Part shown: piece by piece, positions 62,001 through 64,000 of the stretch
How the letters are laid out: each line of letters begins with the position of its first letter
Numbering within the stretch: position 1 is the stretch's first letter
Assembly (NCBI RefSeq): GCF_964213995.1
Contig: NC_135804.1
Location: 59,210,001-59,274,000, forward strand
Length of the DNA stretch: 64,000 bases
Source of the DNA: Mustelus asterias
Lineage: Eukaryota
Reading direction: 5' to 3'
Translations under genes and position numbers: made by a program
Notes under the pieces: model-generated
What the model was told of the DNA's origin: nothing
The model's input: the letters and a program-made list of their open reading frames with translations, nothing else
The model's database searches: none

Positions 62001-63478
62001 CCCCCCGCCACACTAGTTTAAATCCTGCCGAAACACTCTAGCAAAACTCCCAGCCAGGATATTTGCTCCCTTCCAGTTAAGGTGTAACCCATCCTTTCTG
62101 TACAGTTGCCATCCTGACTTGAAGATTTCCCAGTTATCTATGAATTTAAAACCCTCCCTCTTGCACCAGTCCTTTAGCCACGCGTTCAACTGTAGAATCT
62201 CCCTGTTCCGAGCCTCACTTGCACTAGACACCGGGAGCAGTCCAGAGATTGCGACCCTGGAGGCCTTACTTTTTAGCCTAGCACCCAACTCCCTGAATTT
62301 CTCTCGTATGACCCCCCTGCTCTTCCTACCTACATCATTTTCACCAATGTGTATAATCACATCCGTTTGACTACCTTCCTTTTTAAATATGCTTCCTACC
62401 CTCTCGGAGACATCCAGTACCCCGGCACCAGGGAGGCAGACTACCATTCTGGATTCTCGTTCACTCCCACAGAACCGCCTGTCCGTGCCTCTAACCGTTG
62501 CGTCCCCCACAACTATCACTCTCCTAAACCCCTTCTTTCTGTTCCGGACCCCTGAGCCTGTCTCCGTGGAGGCGATCTGGTCCTCGTGGCTTACCCCTGG
62601 AGGGTCATCCCCCTCCACAGAATCCAAAACAATATACCTATTTTGGAGGGGGACAACCACAGGGGATCCCTCCACAGACTGCTCACTCCCTTCCCTTCTC
62701 CCATCTTTTGCCCATCCCTTTCTTTAATGGGAGACTGCCACTGGGGTACTTTCTGGCACATCACCCTTCTGACTATTACCCCTCCTAACTGTGACCCACG
62801 TGTCTTCCTTCCGAGACCCTGGTGTCACTACCTGACTATAACTTTTATCTATTAATCTCTCATTTTCCCTAACTAAACTGAGTTCCTCGAGCCTCAGCTC
62901 CAGCTCCCTTACACGATCCTTCAGGAGTTGCAGTTCCACGCATCTGGCACAGATATGGACTTCCAGGAGGCAAGTTGTCTCCAGGAACTCCCACATCCCA
63001 CACCGAATGCAGTATACTGGCCTCCCACTCATACCAGCCATGTCCTTTTTAGTTTTTGGGAGATAAAACAAAAAAGGGGGTGTAACAGAAGAAAAACAAA
63101 CAACCTTCCTCGCCTTCGCCGAAGCCCTGTGAGCCAAAGCCCTTACAGCTCACACTCTGCTCCCTGCTCATTCCACTGCCCGCTCCTGTTGCTGCCCGCT
63201 CAAAAGTGCGGCCTGCTTTTAAACCCTCCAAAAAACCTCCCCAGGCTGCTCCTGGGCCTACTTCCTGTTTTGAAAAAAAAAACCTTTTTAAATGAGCCCT
63301 TTTTAAACCTTCCCCAGGCTGCTCCTGGGCCTACTTCCTGTTTTGAAAAAAACCCTCCTTTTGAAATTAGCCCTTTTTAAACCTTCCCCAGGCTGCTCGT
63401 GGGCCTACTTCCTGTTTTGAAAAAAAAAACCTCCTTTTTAAATTAGCCCTTTTTAAACCTCCCCAGGCTGCTCCTGGG
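59018..63478 (-). mobile_element. Near full-length CR1 LINE (ORF1 with Cys-knuckle, coiled coil and SGNH esterase; ORF2 APE-RT), inactivated
   Basis: ORF1: CIRCGMW..HICARC, VVGDATVR, HIGENDV, DGLHLN. ORF2: CSNARS, YYRPP, VGDFN, SDH, PQGSVLGP, FADD, split into five pieces. gaacaaa-repeat tail. Confidence 0.95.
63233..63478 (-). repeat. Tandem ~73-bp monomers (three full plus one partial) at the 5' end of the CR1
   Basis: Repeated ccccaggctgctcctgggcctacttcctgttttgaaaaaaa...agccctttttaaacc. Confidence 0.9.
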
Positions 63479-64000
63479 AGGAAATCATTCATTTATAAAG
63501 CGTAGAGTTAGCCCACTCAATGACAATGGAGGGAAGGTATGCGTGGGGCAGCAGAATGAGTATATTAGTAACACAATTAATGATATCAAAACCACCACAT
63601 GGTGGGAGGATTTGAGAGATTGGGGAATTAATGTGAATATTTATCCATGGACTAAGGTTATATCACATGTATTGGCCTTTAAAGCATCAGAAGATGGAGT
63701 GTGATTGATGGACGTAACACCTGGTTGATGGCAGATGAGAAGACACCATCAAGTGCTACGTCATCAGCCGAAATATTGCAATCGCTGCTTTACTTTGTGA
63801 TCCCTGTGTGGAATAACTGATAAGAGCTGAGATTGGTTTTGGGAAAGGCTGTATAATAGGCTTCCAGAGAATGGAATGTCGTTAAAAAATAAATTTAAAC
63901 AGATGTTGCTTCAGAGACTCACGGTTGCAACCGTGTGGAATAGTCAACCACGGAGAACGGAAGAGCCAGAAACGAAGTGAGGACTCGATCCCATGAAAGA

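Noticed and set aside
63233-63478. CRISPR-like array
   Set aside because: Eukaryotic context, and the units are near-identical tandem monomers without unique spacers.

Overview
Repeat-rich vertebrate genomic DNA, almost certainly from a cartilaginous fish (shark-type HE1/SacSINE-like SINEs, CR1/HER1-type LINEs, a Rex/Babar LINE, Penelope-like and Harbinger elements). Much of the window is retroelement debris, and most ORF-track entries are transposon fragments or spurious. Reading splice sites by hand reveals a cluster of paralogous, intron-containing Ig-superfamily receptor genes. Their shared plan is leader (55 nt) / single-exon germline-joined VJ domain / C1 domain / TM / 44-nt cytoplasmic exon / terminal exon with an ITIM plus ITSM. 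Gene 0 (+) shows only its 3' half (809-4044), and its terminal exon is tandemly duplicated. Gene A (+, 12783-20662) is complete at about 328 aa. Gene B (-, 35458-28948, about 347 aa) has lost its C1 F-strand Cys and its first ITIM Tyr. The V domains are unusually short (VNAR-like Cys-Cys spacing) and carry a J-like GxGT/S motif. The overall design is antigen-receptor-like but non-rearranging and inhibitory, broadly SIRP/NKp30-like. Exact orthology cannot be assigned without searches.
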